NCBI GenBank assembly: GCA_963792825.1
Contig: CAWBXS010000005.1
Span: 226,308-290,307, forward strand
Reading direction: 5' to 3'
DNA length: 64,000 bases
From: an uncultured delta proteobacterium
GTDB taxonomy: Bacteria; Myxococcota_A; Polyangia; Polyangiales; Houyiibacteriaceae
In this document: positions 52,087 through 61,223 of the stretch, piece after piece
How positions within the stretch are numbered: the stretch's first letter is position 1
How the letters are laid out: each line of letters opens with the position of its first letter
Made by a program: the position numbers and the translations under genes
The notes under the pieces: generated by a model
Databases searched by the model: none
Told to the model about the DNA's origin: nothing
What the model saw: the letters and a program-made list of their open reading frames with translations, nothing else

Positions 52087-52271
52087 AGCGCCTGGTCCAA
52101 AGGATCGTGTTGATCTCCGTGGTCGTGCTGTGCCTCGGCACCTCCGACTGTCAAGTGTCAGGGACGACCTACGTCGGGTACGGCTATCGGCCGGACTACT
52201 ACGGCGACGTGTTTTACACCGCACCGATCAACCGGTACGGATACGGATACGGCTTCTACGGGCGTCCCTGA
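52083..52271 (+). CDS. Small (62 aa) Tyr/Gly-rich putative secreted/lipoprotein
   Basis: Full sequence MKRLVQRIVLISVVVLCLGTSDCQVSGTTYVGYGYRPDYYGDVFYTAPINRYGYGYGFYGRP. The ATG overlaps the VOC stop (ATGA). Confidence 0.5.
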   Translation: MKRLVQRIVLISVVVLCLGTSDCQVSGTTYVGYGYRPDYYGDVFYTAPINRYGYGYGFYGRP

Positions 52272-52281
52272 AGGCGCTCGG

Positions 52282-52857
52282 TCAGGAACGCTTGGACGTT
52301 TCGCTGACGCGAGTGCGAAGCGCGCGCACGGTCTTACCCGCGGCCTTTTCGTTTTCGCGGCTGAAGACCGACGACGGCAAAGGCATGTCGGGGTCGACGT
52401 AGATCTTGAAATCGACTTGGGTCTGCTTGCCGTCGCCGACCGGCGTGAGCCTCCAGCTCGCGCTGAACGCGTCCATGTTCCCCTCGAGCAGACGGACCTC
52501 GATCACCCGGGTGTCTCCCTCGGGGGCGGTCTCGTAGAACTTCAGCTGTCCCCACAGTGTGAGGGTTCCAGAAGCGACGCTCACCTCCATGTAGACCATC
52601 GCGCCATTGCCACGCTGGGCGAGCACCTTCGACTTCGTGAAGTTCGGCATGAAGAGGGCGTAGTTGCCATAGTCGACGACGACGGAGACGATGTCGTCGA
52701 TCGGCTGGTCGAGGACAGCTACCGCGTGGCCCCAGGAAATGTCGGAGCCCTGCTCGGCGATTTGAGCGGTCTGCACGTCGGCTTCGCCTGCTGCGCGCAC
52801 CGGGGTTACCGCGAGGCCGAATGCTAGGAACAACACCGCGATGGAGCTTTGATGCAT
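52282..52857 (-). CDS. Secreted SRPBCC/START-like (polyketide cyclase/dehydrase fold) protein
   Basis: Signal MHQSSIAVLFLAFGLAVTPVRAAG. VAVLDQPIDDIVSVVVDYGNYALFMPNF... together with the size (about 190 aa) resembles SRPBCC. This assignment comes from memory of the fold family only. Confidence 0.5.
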   Translation of the reverse strand: MHQSSIAVLFLAFGLAVTPVRAAGEADVQTAQIAEQGSDISWGHAVAVLDQPIDDIVSVVVDYGNYALFMPNFTKSKVLAQRGNGAMVYMEVSVASGTLTLWGQLKFYETAPEGDTRVIEVRLLEGNMDAFSASWRLTPVGDGKQTQVDFKIYVDPDMPLPSSVFSRENEKAAGKTVRALRTRVSETSKRS

Positions 52858-53049
52858 CCGCGAAGTGTGCCTGGGGTCTCTGTGGGAATCCATTTCGTGC
52901 CTCCGCCTCCGCCCAAGCGCTTGCAGAGCACGTGCCAAGCTGAACCTGCAGACGTGAACGACCAATGGAATCAACTGGTTAGGCTGATTCCGCCCGGACG
53001 GTACCAGGGCGAAACCCTGTCAGAAATGTCCGAGTGGTCACTCCGGTGG

Positions 53050-54195
53050 CTACTGAATGGACACAGTCACTAGGCACTCGTTGCTGCCGCCGGTCGCGCC
53101 GTTGCCGCCCGTGCCGTTGCCGCCCGTGCCGTTGCCGCCCGTGCCGTTGCCGCCGGTGCCGTTACCGCCTGTGCCGCCGGTGCCGTTGCCACCCGTGCCG
53201 CCGGTGCCGTTGCCACCCGTGCCGCCGGTGCCGTTACCACCCGTGCCGCCGGTGCCGTTACCACCCGTGCCGCCTGCTCCGCCGCTGCCACCGGTGCCGC
53301 CACCGACACCACCGACGCCGCCAGCTCCGCCGCTGCCACCGGTGCCGCCACCGACACCACCAACGCCGCCTGCTCCGCCACTGCCACCGGTGCCGCCACC
53401 GACACCACCAACGCCGCCTGCTCCGCCGCTGCCGGCGGTACCGCCCGTGCCACTACTGCCGCCACTGCCACCGGTGCCGCCCGTGCCCTCGTCGTCGACG
53501 CAGGTCACGTCGATCGTCCATCCGTCGGAGCAGTACTCGTGACCGTCGTCCGAGACCTCGATCGTGATCGCTTCCTCACCCGCATCACCGCAGGTGAAGA
53601 TCGTCTGGGCTGCGTTTGGATCATCAAACGAACCACCGGTCGCCGTCCAGAGGTACGCGATCGGGTCGTCCTCTTCGTCGCTGGCCTGGGCCTGGACCTC
53701 GAGCGCGTATCCGCTCGCGGTTTGTAGTGGGGCGACGACGACTTTCTGAAGCTCCGCGCAGATGTTGAGCTTTCCGTTCACGCGGACCCCGCCGAACTGC
53801 TGTGACGCTTTGCAATTGAGGATGACGTCAATTTGAGTGCTCGCGCCCGCGCTCACGCTGAACGATGCCGCACCGCCGCAGGTGAGCGTGCCGTCGACCG
53901 AGGTCGCGATCATCTCGATCACGTAGCCGTCTCCGGGCGGAAGGCCGAACTCCTCGACCGAGGCAGTGGACCCAGGTGCGCTGGTGTTGATCGTGCCGGT
54001 GACCGGTTCGGCGAGCCCGTTGCCGCTGATCTCGTACGACACCTCGTCGATGACGGCGCCGTCACCAACCTCGAGGTTGACGCGCAACGCGGTCGCACAG
54101 GGATCGACTACGTCGCTGCCGCTGTTACAACCGACCGCCGTAACGGCGAAGACCAGAGACCATGCAATGGCCTTGAGCGAGCTCCAATTCGTCAT
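53050..54195 (-). CDS. Island-type lipoprotein: N-terminal Ig-like module + PKD-like module + long Gly-rich tandem-repeat C-terminus
   Basis: MTNWSSLKAIAWSLVFAVTAVGC. INTSAPGSTASVEEFGLPPGDGYVIEM...GGVRVNGKLNICAEL...YLWTATGGSFDDPNAAQTIFTC closely parallels the 36710 gene. It then runs about 130 aa of GTGG-type repeats and ends NECLVTVSIQ*. Confidence 0.8.
   Translation of the reverse strand: MTNWSSLKAIAWSLVFAVTAVGCNSGSDVVDPCATALRVNLEVGDGAVIDEVSYEISGNGLAEPVTGTINTSAPGSTASVEEFGLPPGDGYVIEMIATSVDGTLTCGGAASFSVSAGASTQIDVILNCKASQQFGGVRVNGKLNICAELQKVVVAPLQTASGYALEVQAQASDEEDDPIAYLWTATGGSFDDPNAAQTIFTCGDAGEEAITIEVSDDGHEYCSDGWTIDVTCVDDEGTGGTGGSGGSSGTGGTAGSGGAGGVGGVGGGTGGSGGAGGVGGVGGGTGGSGGAGGVGGVGGGTGGSGGAGGTGGNGTGGTGGNGTGGTGGNGTGGTGGNGTGGTGGNGTGGNGTGGNGTGGNGTGGNGATGGSNECLVTVSIQ
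53090..53470 (-). repeat. Coding Gly-rich tandem repeats (15-nt GNGTG x4, 24-nt GTGGTGGN x4, 48-nt GTGGSGGAGGVGGVGG x3)
   Basis: Read directly from the DNA (plus strand GTGCCGTTGCCGCCC... / GGTGCCGTTGCCACCCGTGCCGCC... / CTCCGCCGCTGCCACCGGTGCCGCCACCGACACCACC...). Confidence 0.8.
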
Positions 54196-54358
54196 ACTTT
54201 TCCTCGGTACAATCTTCGGCAGGGGGGATGGGGGGACCGCCGAGCTCACTGCATGCGCAGAGCGGCCAGTCTACCCCCAACAGGGGTCCGGCCGTCAATA
54301 GGCGCGTTGCACAGAGTGCGAGAATTGTTGGGAGAACTGCCATCGAGCGTACGGATTT

Positions 54359-55441
54359 GTGAGCTTGTTCACAGGCCGAATCGAGGCTACCTGTCCGCCC
54401 ACAGTGACCGACACCTCGCCGCTCGACGGGAAGCGCTGCCTCGTGACGGGCGGAGCTGGGTTTCTCGGACGTCACCTCGTCACCGCCCTCCGAGAAAAGG
54501 GCTGTCCGGTTCACGTCCTCGACGTGACTCCCCCTCCGAGCGCGGTGGACGGGGTGCGCTGGTTTCAGGGAGACGTGCGCAGCGAAGCAGACGTTCGGGC
54601 TGCATGCGAAGGCGTCGATACCATTTTTCACACGGTCGCGGTGATCGAGGCGATCACCTACGCGCGACGCTCGGTGGCCGAGAGCATCGAATCGATCAAC
54701 GTCGGTGGAACCGAGAACGTGATCCGCGCGGCGCGTCACCACGGCGTCAGACGTCTCGTGCACACGAGCTCGATCGTCGCATCGTTCTGCATGGACGCAG
54801 CCGGTCGCGACGAAACCGCGCCTTACAGCACCTCGTGCGACCTCTACACGGCGACGAAGATTGCGGGCGAGCGTGCCGTGCTTCGGGCCAACGGCAAGGA
54901 CGGCCTTCTCACCTGCGCAATTCGTCCGGGCGGCATCTACGGACCCGGTGAGCGGCTGACCTACGGACGCCTCGTCCGAGCGCTCAAGGCAGGGGTGCCA
55001 CTGGTCGTGTTCGGAGACGGCCGGGCGCGACTCGATTACGTCTACATCGATAACCTGGTGAACGGTGAGCTTCGGGCCGCAGAGCGACTGGTCGACGGAT
55101 CGCCCGTCTGTGGCGAGGCCTATTTCCTGAGCGATGGGACGCCGATCAACGCCGGGCGGTTCAGCATCGAGCTCGTCCGGAACATGGGGCTCGACGTCCC
55201 CCTCGTGCGCGTTCCAGACCCCATTGCGCGGGCCGTCGCCGCCGCGTTGGAACGGCTGCACCAGGTGTTTGGAGCGCCGAAGCCGTTGTTTACGGTCGCC
55301 AACGTCAAGCTCTGCGACATCGACCACTACTTCTCCATCGAAAAAGCAAAGCGGGACTTGGGATACGTGCCTCTCATCGATACCGTCGAGGGCCTGCGGC
55401 GAACCGCCGTCGAGGCCCGCGCCTATTACGACAGTCTCTGA
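54359..55441 (+). CDS. NAD(P)-dependent 3-beta-hydroxysteroid dehydrogenase/isomerase-family (extended SDR) protein
   Basis: KRCLVTGGAGFLGRHLV (GxxGxxG), YTATKIAGE (YxxxK), and extended-SDR length (360 aa). GTG start as in the ORF track. Confidence 0.8.
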   Translation: MSLFTGRIEATCPPTVTDTSPLDGKRCLVTGGAGFLGRHLVTALREKGCPVHVLDVTPPPSAVDGVRWFQGDVRSEADVRAACEGVDTIFHTVAVIEAITYARRSVAESIESINVGGTENVIRAARHHGVRRLVHTSSIVASFCMDAAGRDETAPYSTSCDLYTATKIAGERAVLRANGKDGLLTCAIRPGGIYGPGERLTYGRLVRALKAGVPLVVFGDGRARLDYVYIDNLVNGELRAAERLVDGSPVCGEAYFLSDGTPINAGRFSIELVRNMGLDVPLVRVPDPIARAVAAALERLHQVFGAPKPLFTVANVKLCDIDHYFSIEKAKRDLGYVPLIDTVEGLRRTAVEARAYYDSL

Positions 55442-55479
55442 CCGACTGGCGTTCGAACACCGCTTGTTCTATCCCGTCG

Positions 55480-56625
55480 GTGGCCATGATCCTCACCGAG
55501 CAACAGGAGATGATCCGCGAGTCGGCGTCTCGTTTCGCCGAGCAGCGATTGGTGCCCGGCAGCCGCACCTGGGAGGCCGCCGGGGCGGTCGACCCTGCCG
55601 TATTGCGCGAGATGGGAGAGCTCGGGTTCATGGGGATGACCGTACCCGAGGCGTATGGGGGCGCGGGGCTCGACTACGTGTCCTACGCGCTCGCGTTGAT
55701 CGAGATCGCCGCAGGCGACGGTGCGGTCTCGACCATCATGAGCGTCAATAACGCGCCGGTTTGTGCGATTTTGCAATCGGCCGCCAGCGAGAGCTTGCGG
55801 CAGAGGTATCTCAGGTCGCTCGCCTCGGGTGAGATGATTGGCGCGTTTGCGCTCACCGAGCCCCAGGCGGGCTCCGACGCCGCCAATCTGACCACCCGTG
55901 CGACGCGCACCGAACGCGGATACGAGATCACCGGAACCAAACAGTTCATCACCTCCGGGCGAATTGCGGGCGTGGTGATCGTCTTCGCGGTGACCGATCC
56001 ATCCGCCGGTAAGCGAGGGATCTCCGCGTTTGCCGTTCCAGCGGAAACGCCGGGCATGACCGTCGCGTCCTTGGAGCACAAGATGGGGCAAGAAGCCTCC
56101 GATACGGCGCAGCTGAGCTTCGAGCAGGTGGAGATCTCGGCCGACCACCTCATCGGGCGCGAAGGCGAAGGCTACCGCATTGCGCTCGCGAATCTCGAAG
56201 CTGGCCGGATCGGAATTGCCGCCCAGTGCGTGGGCATGGCCCGGGCGGCCTTGGACCACGCGGTCCGGTACGCCAAGGAGCGTCATGCGTTCGGCCAGTC
56301 GATCGCGAGCCACCAAGCGGTTGCGTTCCGTCTCGCCGACATGGCCACGGAGCTTCATGCGGCCACGACGATGGTGCTCGAGGCGGCTGCCCTGCGCGAT
56401 GCGGGTCGCCCGTGCCTTTCGGAGGCCTGCATGGCCAAGCTCTTTGCCTCCGAGGCCGCCGAACGCATCTGCTCGGCTGCGATTCAGATCTTCGGCGGCT
56501 ATGGGTATTCGCGGGAGCTTCCGGTCGAAAAGATCTATCGCGATGTGCGCGTCGCCCAGATCTACGAAGGCACCTCGGACGTCCAGCGCATGATCATCAG
56601 CCGCCAGCTTCTTCAGGAAAGCTGA
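55480..56625 (+). CDS. Acyl-CoA dehydrogenase (short/medium-chain type)
   Basis: It matches over its full 381 aa: FALTEPQAGSDAANL, QFITSG, ERHAFGQSIASHQAVAFRLADM, IFGGYGYSRELPVEKIYRDVRVAQIYEGTSDVQRMII. Confidence 0.95.
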   Translation: MAMILTEQQEMIRESASRFAEQRLVPGSRTWEAAGAVDPAVLREMGELGFMGMTVPEAYGGAGLDYVSYALALIEIAAGDGAVSTIMSVNNAPVCAILQSAASESLRQRYLRSLASGEMIGAFALTEPQAGSDAANLTTRATRTERGYEITGTKQFITSGRIAGVVIVFAVTDPSAGKRGISAFAVPAETPGMTVASLEHKMGQEASDTAQLSFEQVEISADHLIGREGEGYRIALANLEAGRIGIAAQCVGMARAALDHAVRYAKERHAFGQSIASHQAVAFRLADMATELHAATTMVLEAAALRDAGRPCLSEACMAKLFASEAAERICSAAIQIFGGYGYSRELPVEKIYRDVRVAQIYEGTSDVQRMIISRQLLQES

Positions 56626-56667
56626 GCCGCACCTTGACGGCCCCTGCCCCGGGCATAAGAACCGAGC

Positions 56668-57168
56668 ATGTTCCGGGCTTTCGTCATTCGCGACGTCACG
56701 ATTCTCGTCGGCACGATCGGGCTCTGGTGGGCGAGCGTGTCCGTGCAGAGCGGGACGACGCTCGCCTCGGCGCTGTCGATTGCCGCAGGAGCGGGCGCCG
56801 CGATTTGTGCTTATAATCTGCACGAGTGGGGGCACTTGATCGGCGCGCATCTCACGCGCAGCGTCTATACCCCCGCCAAACGCCTCATCTCACCGTTCCT
56901 CTTCAGCTACGACGCGGAGCACAACACGCGCGGCCAGTTTCTGATCATGTCGTTGGCTGGGTTCGCAGCGACGGCGTTGTTTGTCATCGCCTTCGTCGTG
57001 TGGATGCCGCAAGAGCAGCAGGCCGGCCGGATTGCCCTCCGCGGGGCACTCATTTTGGCCGGACTGACCGTCATCATCGAATTTCCCATCTTCTTCCGCG
57101 CGCTCTTCGGGAGCACGGTTCCCCGAACCGGTTTGTTCAAAGGCCCCACGGTCGGCGGGCGCGACTGA
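56668..57168 (+). CDS. Hypothetical integral membrane protein (about 4 TM)
   Basis: Four hydrophobic segments (ILVGTIGLWWA, ALSIAAGAGAAICAY, IMSLAGFAATALFVIAFVVW, ALILAGLTVIIEFPIFF). A conserved-looking HEWGH motif might be a metal site. Confidence 0.5.
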   Translation: MFRAFVIRDVTILVGTIGLWWASVSVQSGTTLASALSIAAGAGAAICAYNLHEWGHLIGAHLTRSVYTPAKRLISPFLFSYDAEHNTRGQFLIMSLAGFAATALFVIAFVVWMPQEQQAGRIALRGALILAGLTVIIEFPIFFRALFGSTVPRTGLFKGPTVGGRD

Positions 57169-57250
57169 ACGGCTGCGAATCGGCAGCAACGGCGCGCACC
57201 AATTCGGCCCCACGGGCGCTGGCGCCTCCGGGGGGCTCGGTTCATCCTCG

Positions 57251-59236
57251 ATGGCGATGGGCTCGTCGAATCAGGCGTTCGTGACAGGGGGGACCGGGTT
57301 GATCGGACGCGCCCTGGTGCGCCGGTTGCTCGGGCAGGGCGTGAGCGTGACCTTGATGCTCCGGGCAGGCTCCGACGCACGGCATGAAGCCGAGCTCGAC
57401 GCGCTGCGCGAGCTTGCGGGCGGTGCAAACGGGTCGCTCGGCCTGGTGACCGGCGACCTGTTGCAGCCCGATCTTGGGCTCTCCGAAGCTGGCTTGGCGG
57501 CCCTCCGCGAAGCCGGACACTGTTTCCATCTGGCTGCGCTTTACGACATCGGCGCGGACCCGAAAGCCATCGCGGAGACCAACGTCGAAGGCACGAGACA
57601 GCTGCTTTCCGCGCTCCGCAGGGCGAGCTTCGAAGGCCGGCTCCACCACGTGAGCTCGATCGCGGTAGCAGGCGACTACGCGGAGACCTTCACCGAGTCG
57701 ATGTTCGAGGAGGGGCAAAACCTCCTGCACGCCTATCATCGAAGCAAGCTCGATTCGGAACGCCTCGTTCGTGAGTCGGGGCTCGACTATCGCATCTACC
57801 GTCCGAGCTCGGTCGTGGGTGACTCGAAGACCGGCGCCATCGATCGAATTGACGGCGTGTACTTCAGCTTCGGCGCGGTTCAAAAGCTCGCGCATGCGCT
57901 ACCTGGTTGGGTCCGGTTGCCCGTGCCCCTCGTCCGGGGGCGCTTCAATCTCGTGCCGGTCGACTACGTCGCCGATGCGATGGCGCACATCGCGTTTGCG
58001 CGCACGGATGCGCGCGTGTTCCATCTGGTGGATCCGAAGCCGCCACCTCTGATGAAGATGACCGACATGTTCCTCGCCGCTGCCGGTGGTCCTCGCCTCG
58101 GTCCGGCGATCGACATCGCCAAGATGCCTGGGCTCAAGAAGACCGGGGCGCTCGTGTCGATGCTTCCGAGCGTTCGGGAGCTTCGGACTGCCTTTTTGAG
58201 CGACCTCGGGCTGCCGGTCGACGGCCTCGGGCTACTGAACCTACGGGTCCGGTTCGACGACCGCAACACGCAGGCAGCGCTCGCCGGCACCGGGATCGGT
58301 TGCCCGCCGCTCAAGTCTTATGCCAAGACGCTCTACCGTTACTACGAAGACCACTTGGACCCGATGCAGCAGCGGCCGGTGCGGTATCGCAAAGCCCTCT
58401 CGGGCAAAGTCGTGCTCGTGACCGGTGCTTCGAGGGGAATCGGTTCGGTCGTCGCGCGGATGGCGGCGGACTCGGGCGCGGAGGTTCTTCTCGTCGCACG
58501 TGACGCGGCGAAGCTCGAGGCTCTGGCCGGGGAAATCCGTGCAGCGGGCGGACGAGCGTACGCGCACCCGGCGGACCTCTCCTCGCTCGATCAAGTCGAT
58601 GCGCTCGCCGAAGCGGTGCTGGCAAAGCACGGCGGAGTCGACGTTCTCATTCACAACGCGGCGCGTTCGATTCGCCGCCCCATCGTCGCCTCCATCGATC
58701 GCTTCCACGACTACGAGCGCACCATGGCGTTGAACTATTTCGCTCCGGTGCGCCTCACCCTTCGTCTCTTGCCTTCTCTCCGCGAGCGTGGCGGGACGAT
58801 TTCACACGTCTTGACCTTGGGCGTGCTCATCCCCGGACCGTACTTTGCCGCATACTTGGCGACCAAGTCTGCACTGGATGCCTTTGGCGACTCACTGATG
58901 GCCGAGCTCCAGCACGAGGGGATCCACGTGTCGTCGGTCTATCTTCCTCTGGTCAAGACGGACATGATGGCGCCAGTCGACGAATATGCCGGGCGCCGCG
59001 ATGTCATGACCCCCGAGCGCGCTGCGACGATGATCCTCGACGGAGTGGTCGACCGCCGGAGGCGCGTGCTCACCGGGCAAGGGATTCTTTACGCGTTTAG
59101 CAATCGCATCACCCCCGCAACGACCAGCCGCGTCCTCAACCTGCTCGAGCGGGCGTTCCCGGTCGGCGACAAGCCGAGCGAATTCCCGGTTGAGAAGGCT
59201 TTCATCACGAACGCGATTGGCGGCAGCCCGTTCTAG
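57251..59236 (+). CDS. Two-domain reductase: N-terminal thioester/fatty-acyl-CoA-reductase-like extended SDR + C-terminal classical SDR
   Basis: N-terminal domain: AFVTGGTGLIGRALV and YHRSK. C-terminal domain: KVVLVTGASRGIGSVVA, IHNAARS, YLATKSAL. The 661-aa architecture resembles the two-domain fatty acyl-CoA reductases described from Marinobacter (from memory). Confidence 0.75.
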   Translation: MAMGSSNQAFVTGGTGLIGRALVRRLLGQGVSVTLMLRAGSDARHEAELDALRELAGGANGSLGLVTGDLLQPDLGLSEAGLAALREAGHCFHLAALYDIGADPKAIAETNVEGTRQLLSALRRASFEGRLHHVSSIAVAGDYAETFTESMFEEGQNLLHAYHRSKLDSERLVRESGLDYRIYRPSSVVGDSKTGAIDRIDGVYFSFGAVQKLAHALPGWVRLPVPLVRGRFNLVPVDYVADAMAHIAFARTDARVFHLVDPKPPPLMKMTDMFLAAAGGPRLGPAIDIAKMPGLKKTGALVSMLPSVRELRTAFLSDLGLPVDGLGLLNLRVRFDDRNTQAALAGTGIGCPPLKSYAKTLYRYYEDHLDPMQQRPVRYRKALSGKVVLVTGASRGIGSVVARMAADSGAEVLLVARDAAKLEALAGEIRAAGGRAYAHPADLSSLDQVDALAEAVLAKHGGVDVLIHNAARSIRRPIVASIDRFHDYERTMALNYFAPVRLTLRLLPSLRERGGTISHVLTLGVLIPGPYFAAYLATKSALDAFGDSLMAELQHEGIHVSSVYLPLVKTDMMAPVDEYAGRRDVMTPERAATMILDGVVDRRRRVLTGQGILYAFSNRITPATTSRVLNLLERAFPVGDKPSEFPVEKAFITNAIGGSPF

Positions 59237-59247
59237 GCGTTGCAACG

Positions 59248-60045
59248 ATGATGACCTGGTACACCGGCGATCCGACGTACGACACCGTGCTCACGTTCGC
59301 GTTCGGGCTCGTGGTCCTCGTGTTCATCGGCGCCGCGTTCGTGAAGAGTCCCTACGGGCGCTTCGGTTCCGACAAATGGGGTCTCAACCTGAGCCCGCGA
59401 CTCGGGTGGTTCTTGATGGAGCTCCCCGCAACGCTGAGCTTCGTGGTCTTCTACTTCCAAGGACGAAACCGATTCGAGATCGTGCCGCTCTTCTTCCTCC
59501 TAGTGTGGCTCGTGCACTACGGCAATCGTGGCTTCGTGTTTCCGTTCTTGATCCGAAGCCCCGAGGGCGCAACTGCATCGTTCAGTGTCTTGATCGTGGC
59601 AACCGGCTGGCTCGTGACGACGCTTCACGGTTACCTGAACGCCGTCTTCATCAGCGACCTCGGCCCGCACTTCACCGTTGCTTGGTTTTCGGACCCGAGA
59701 TTCATCATCGGAATCGCGCTCTACTACGGCTCGTTCGTGCTGAACATCCATTCGGACGCCATCATCCGAAACCTTCGCAGCGTCGAAGAGGTCGAACGGG
59801 GAGACAAAGTGTATCGGATCCCGCAGGGCGGTCTCTTCCGGTACGTCACCAACCCGTCCTATCTGACGGAGATCACCGCTTTCACTGGGTTTGCCATCGC
59901 GACCTGGTCACTCGGCGCGACGTTCATCCTGCTCATCACCATTGGGAATCTCGTGCCACGCGCTTTTCAAACCCATCGCTGGTACCGAGAGAGATTCCCC
60001 GACTATCCGAGCGAACGACGCGTCTTGGTCCCGTTCATCCTGTGA
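59248..60045 (+). CDS. 3-oxo-5-alpha-steroid 4-dehydrogenase (steroid 5-alpha-reductase) family membrane protein
   Basis: Polytopic membrane protein. The C-terminal signature is RIPQGGLFRYVTNPSYLTEITAFTGFAIATWS...HRWYRERFPDYPSERRVLVPFIL. Confidence 0.8.
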   Translation: MMTWYTGDPTYDTVLTFAFGLVVLVFIGAAFVKSPYGRFGSDKWGLNLSPRLGWFLMELPATLSFVVFYFQGRNRFEIVPLFFLLVWLVHYGNRGFVFPFLIRSPEGATASFSVLIVATGWLVTTLHGYLNAVFISDLGPHFTVAWFSDPRFIIGIALYYGSFVLNIHSDAIIRNLRSVEEVERGDKVYRIPQGGLFRYVTNPSYLTEITAFTGFAIATWSLGATFILLITIGNLVPRAFQTHRWYRERFPDYPSERRVLVPFIL

Positions 60046-60056
60046 AGCCCAGCACT

Positions 60057-60722
60057 TCAGTGTGCGCCCGCAGGAGCAGACTCGACGACGAGCCGATCGG
60101 TGTTCGTGTCGATGCGAGCACGTTTGATCTCGAGCTTTCCGGCGGCAATCGCGTCACGAATCACCGGTCGCGCCATGAATTCTTCGACGCGCCGCTCGCG
60201 CTCGTCCATCAGAGAGATCAGCGCAGGAAACTTCTCTCTCGCCTCGGGGTTGGCCGCGGCTGCCTCCGCGGCGCAGTCGGTATGTGTCGTGAGCAAGATG
60301 ACCTGCACACCATTGATCACGGCGAGCTCGAGCATCTCTTGTTCGGCTGGAGAAAGCACCGAGCCGGCGGTGCGAACGACGTAGTAGTAGCGACGGGTGT
60401 CACCGACGAGCTCGCTCGTATCGATGCGCGCGTCCATGCACGCGAGGATCGCGACGACGGGATGGCGCGCGGTGCGAGGAAAGAACCCGCGCACGCCGGC
60501 TGCGAGCTCGTTCTGACGCTCGACCTCCTTCCAGATTTGCTCGGGCGTGATGGTCTCGCCGTGAACGAAGTCGAACTTGGCGAGCCGATCCTGAAGCCGG
60601 TAACCAACGTTGACCAACGCGCCGCCGAGCACGAACTGGCCTTTCGGGCTCGCCAGAACGACCACTGCGAGGCCCAAGACCAAGAGACCAATAGCCAACG
60701 CCCAACCCGTCTTCTTCGTCAT
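60057..60722 (-). CDS. Membrane-anchored beta-class carbonic-anhydrase-like protein
   Basis: N-terminal TM WALAIGLLVLGLAVVVLA. The CxDxR (ACMDAR) and HxxC (HTDCAA) zinc-ligand motifs are in the expected order. Confidence 0.6.
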   Translation of the reverse strand: MTKKTGWALAIGLLVLGLAVVVLASPKGQFVLGGALVNVGYRLQDRLAKFDFVHGETITPEQIWKEVERQNELAAGVRGFFPRTARHPVVAILACMDARIDTSELVGDTRRYYYVVRTAGSVLSPAEQEMLELAVINGVQVILLTTHTDCAAEAAAANPEAREKFPALISLMDERERRVEEFMARPVIRDAIAAGKLEIKRARIDTNTDRLVVESAPAGAH

Positions 60723-60827
60723 GGGTTGCGAGGATACACCGAATTGCGCCGACGCGTGAAGCGTCGAAGCCGCAGGAGGACGACCCACCTGCGGCCTCTT
60801 CGGCTCCATCTTGGAGCGCACGCCTGT

Positions 60828-61055
60828 CTAGTTAACTACGTCGCTCGCAGCGGCCTTGCCGCCTTCCTTGGCGCCTTCTTCGGCGCCCCCTTCCATGCCC
60901 GCCTTGACGCCCTCTTCGGCGCCGGCTTTCCCTGCGGATTCCGCCCCGGAGGCGACTTCCTGTGCAGCAGGGCTCGCGTCCTCCTTGCAAGCCGACGAGA
61001 GGCTGAGAGCGAGTAAGGCCGTTCCAATGACTAGATTTCTGAGAATTGAGCTCAT
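60828..61055 (-). CDS. Small (75 aa) Ala/Glu/Gly-rich lipoprotein
   Basis: MSSILRNLVIGTALLALSLSSAC canonical lipobox, followed by low-complexity AGKAGAEEGVKAGMEGGAEEGAKEGGKAA. Confidence 0.5.
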   Translation of the reverse strand: MSSILRNLVIGTALLALSLSSACKEDASPAAQEVASGAESAGKAGAEEGVKAGMEGGAEEGAKEGGKAAASDVVN

Positions 61056-61223
61056 CGTTTGTTTCCCCCTGGTTCTAGGTCGCGCGCAGGCTACCAAAAA
61101 CCGCGCGAAGTAGGACAGTTCCATGCTTCCCATGACGCCACTTGGAACCATCGATACGAGCTTTCTGCTCACCAAACACCGCAAAACGCGGATCGATACG
61201 GGCGCTGCATCGAATTCGGGTAG

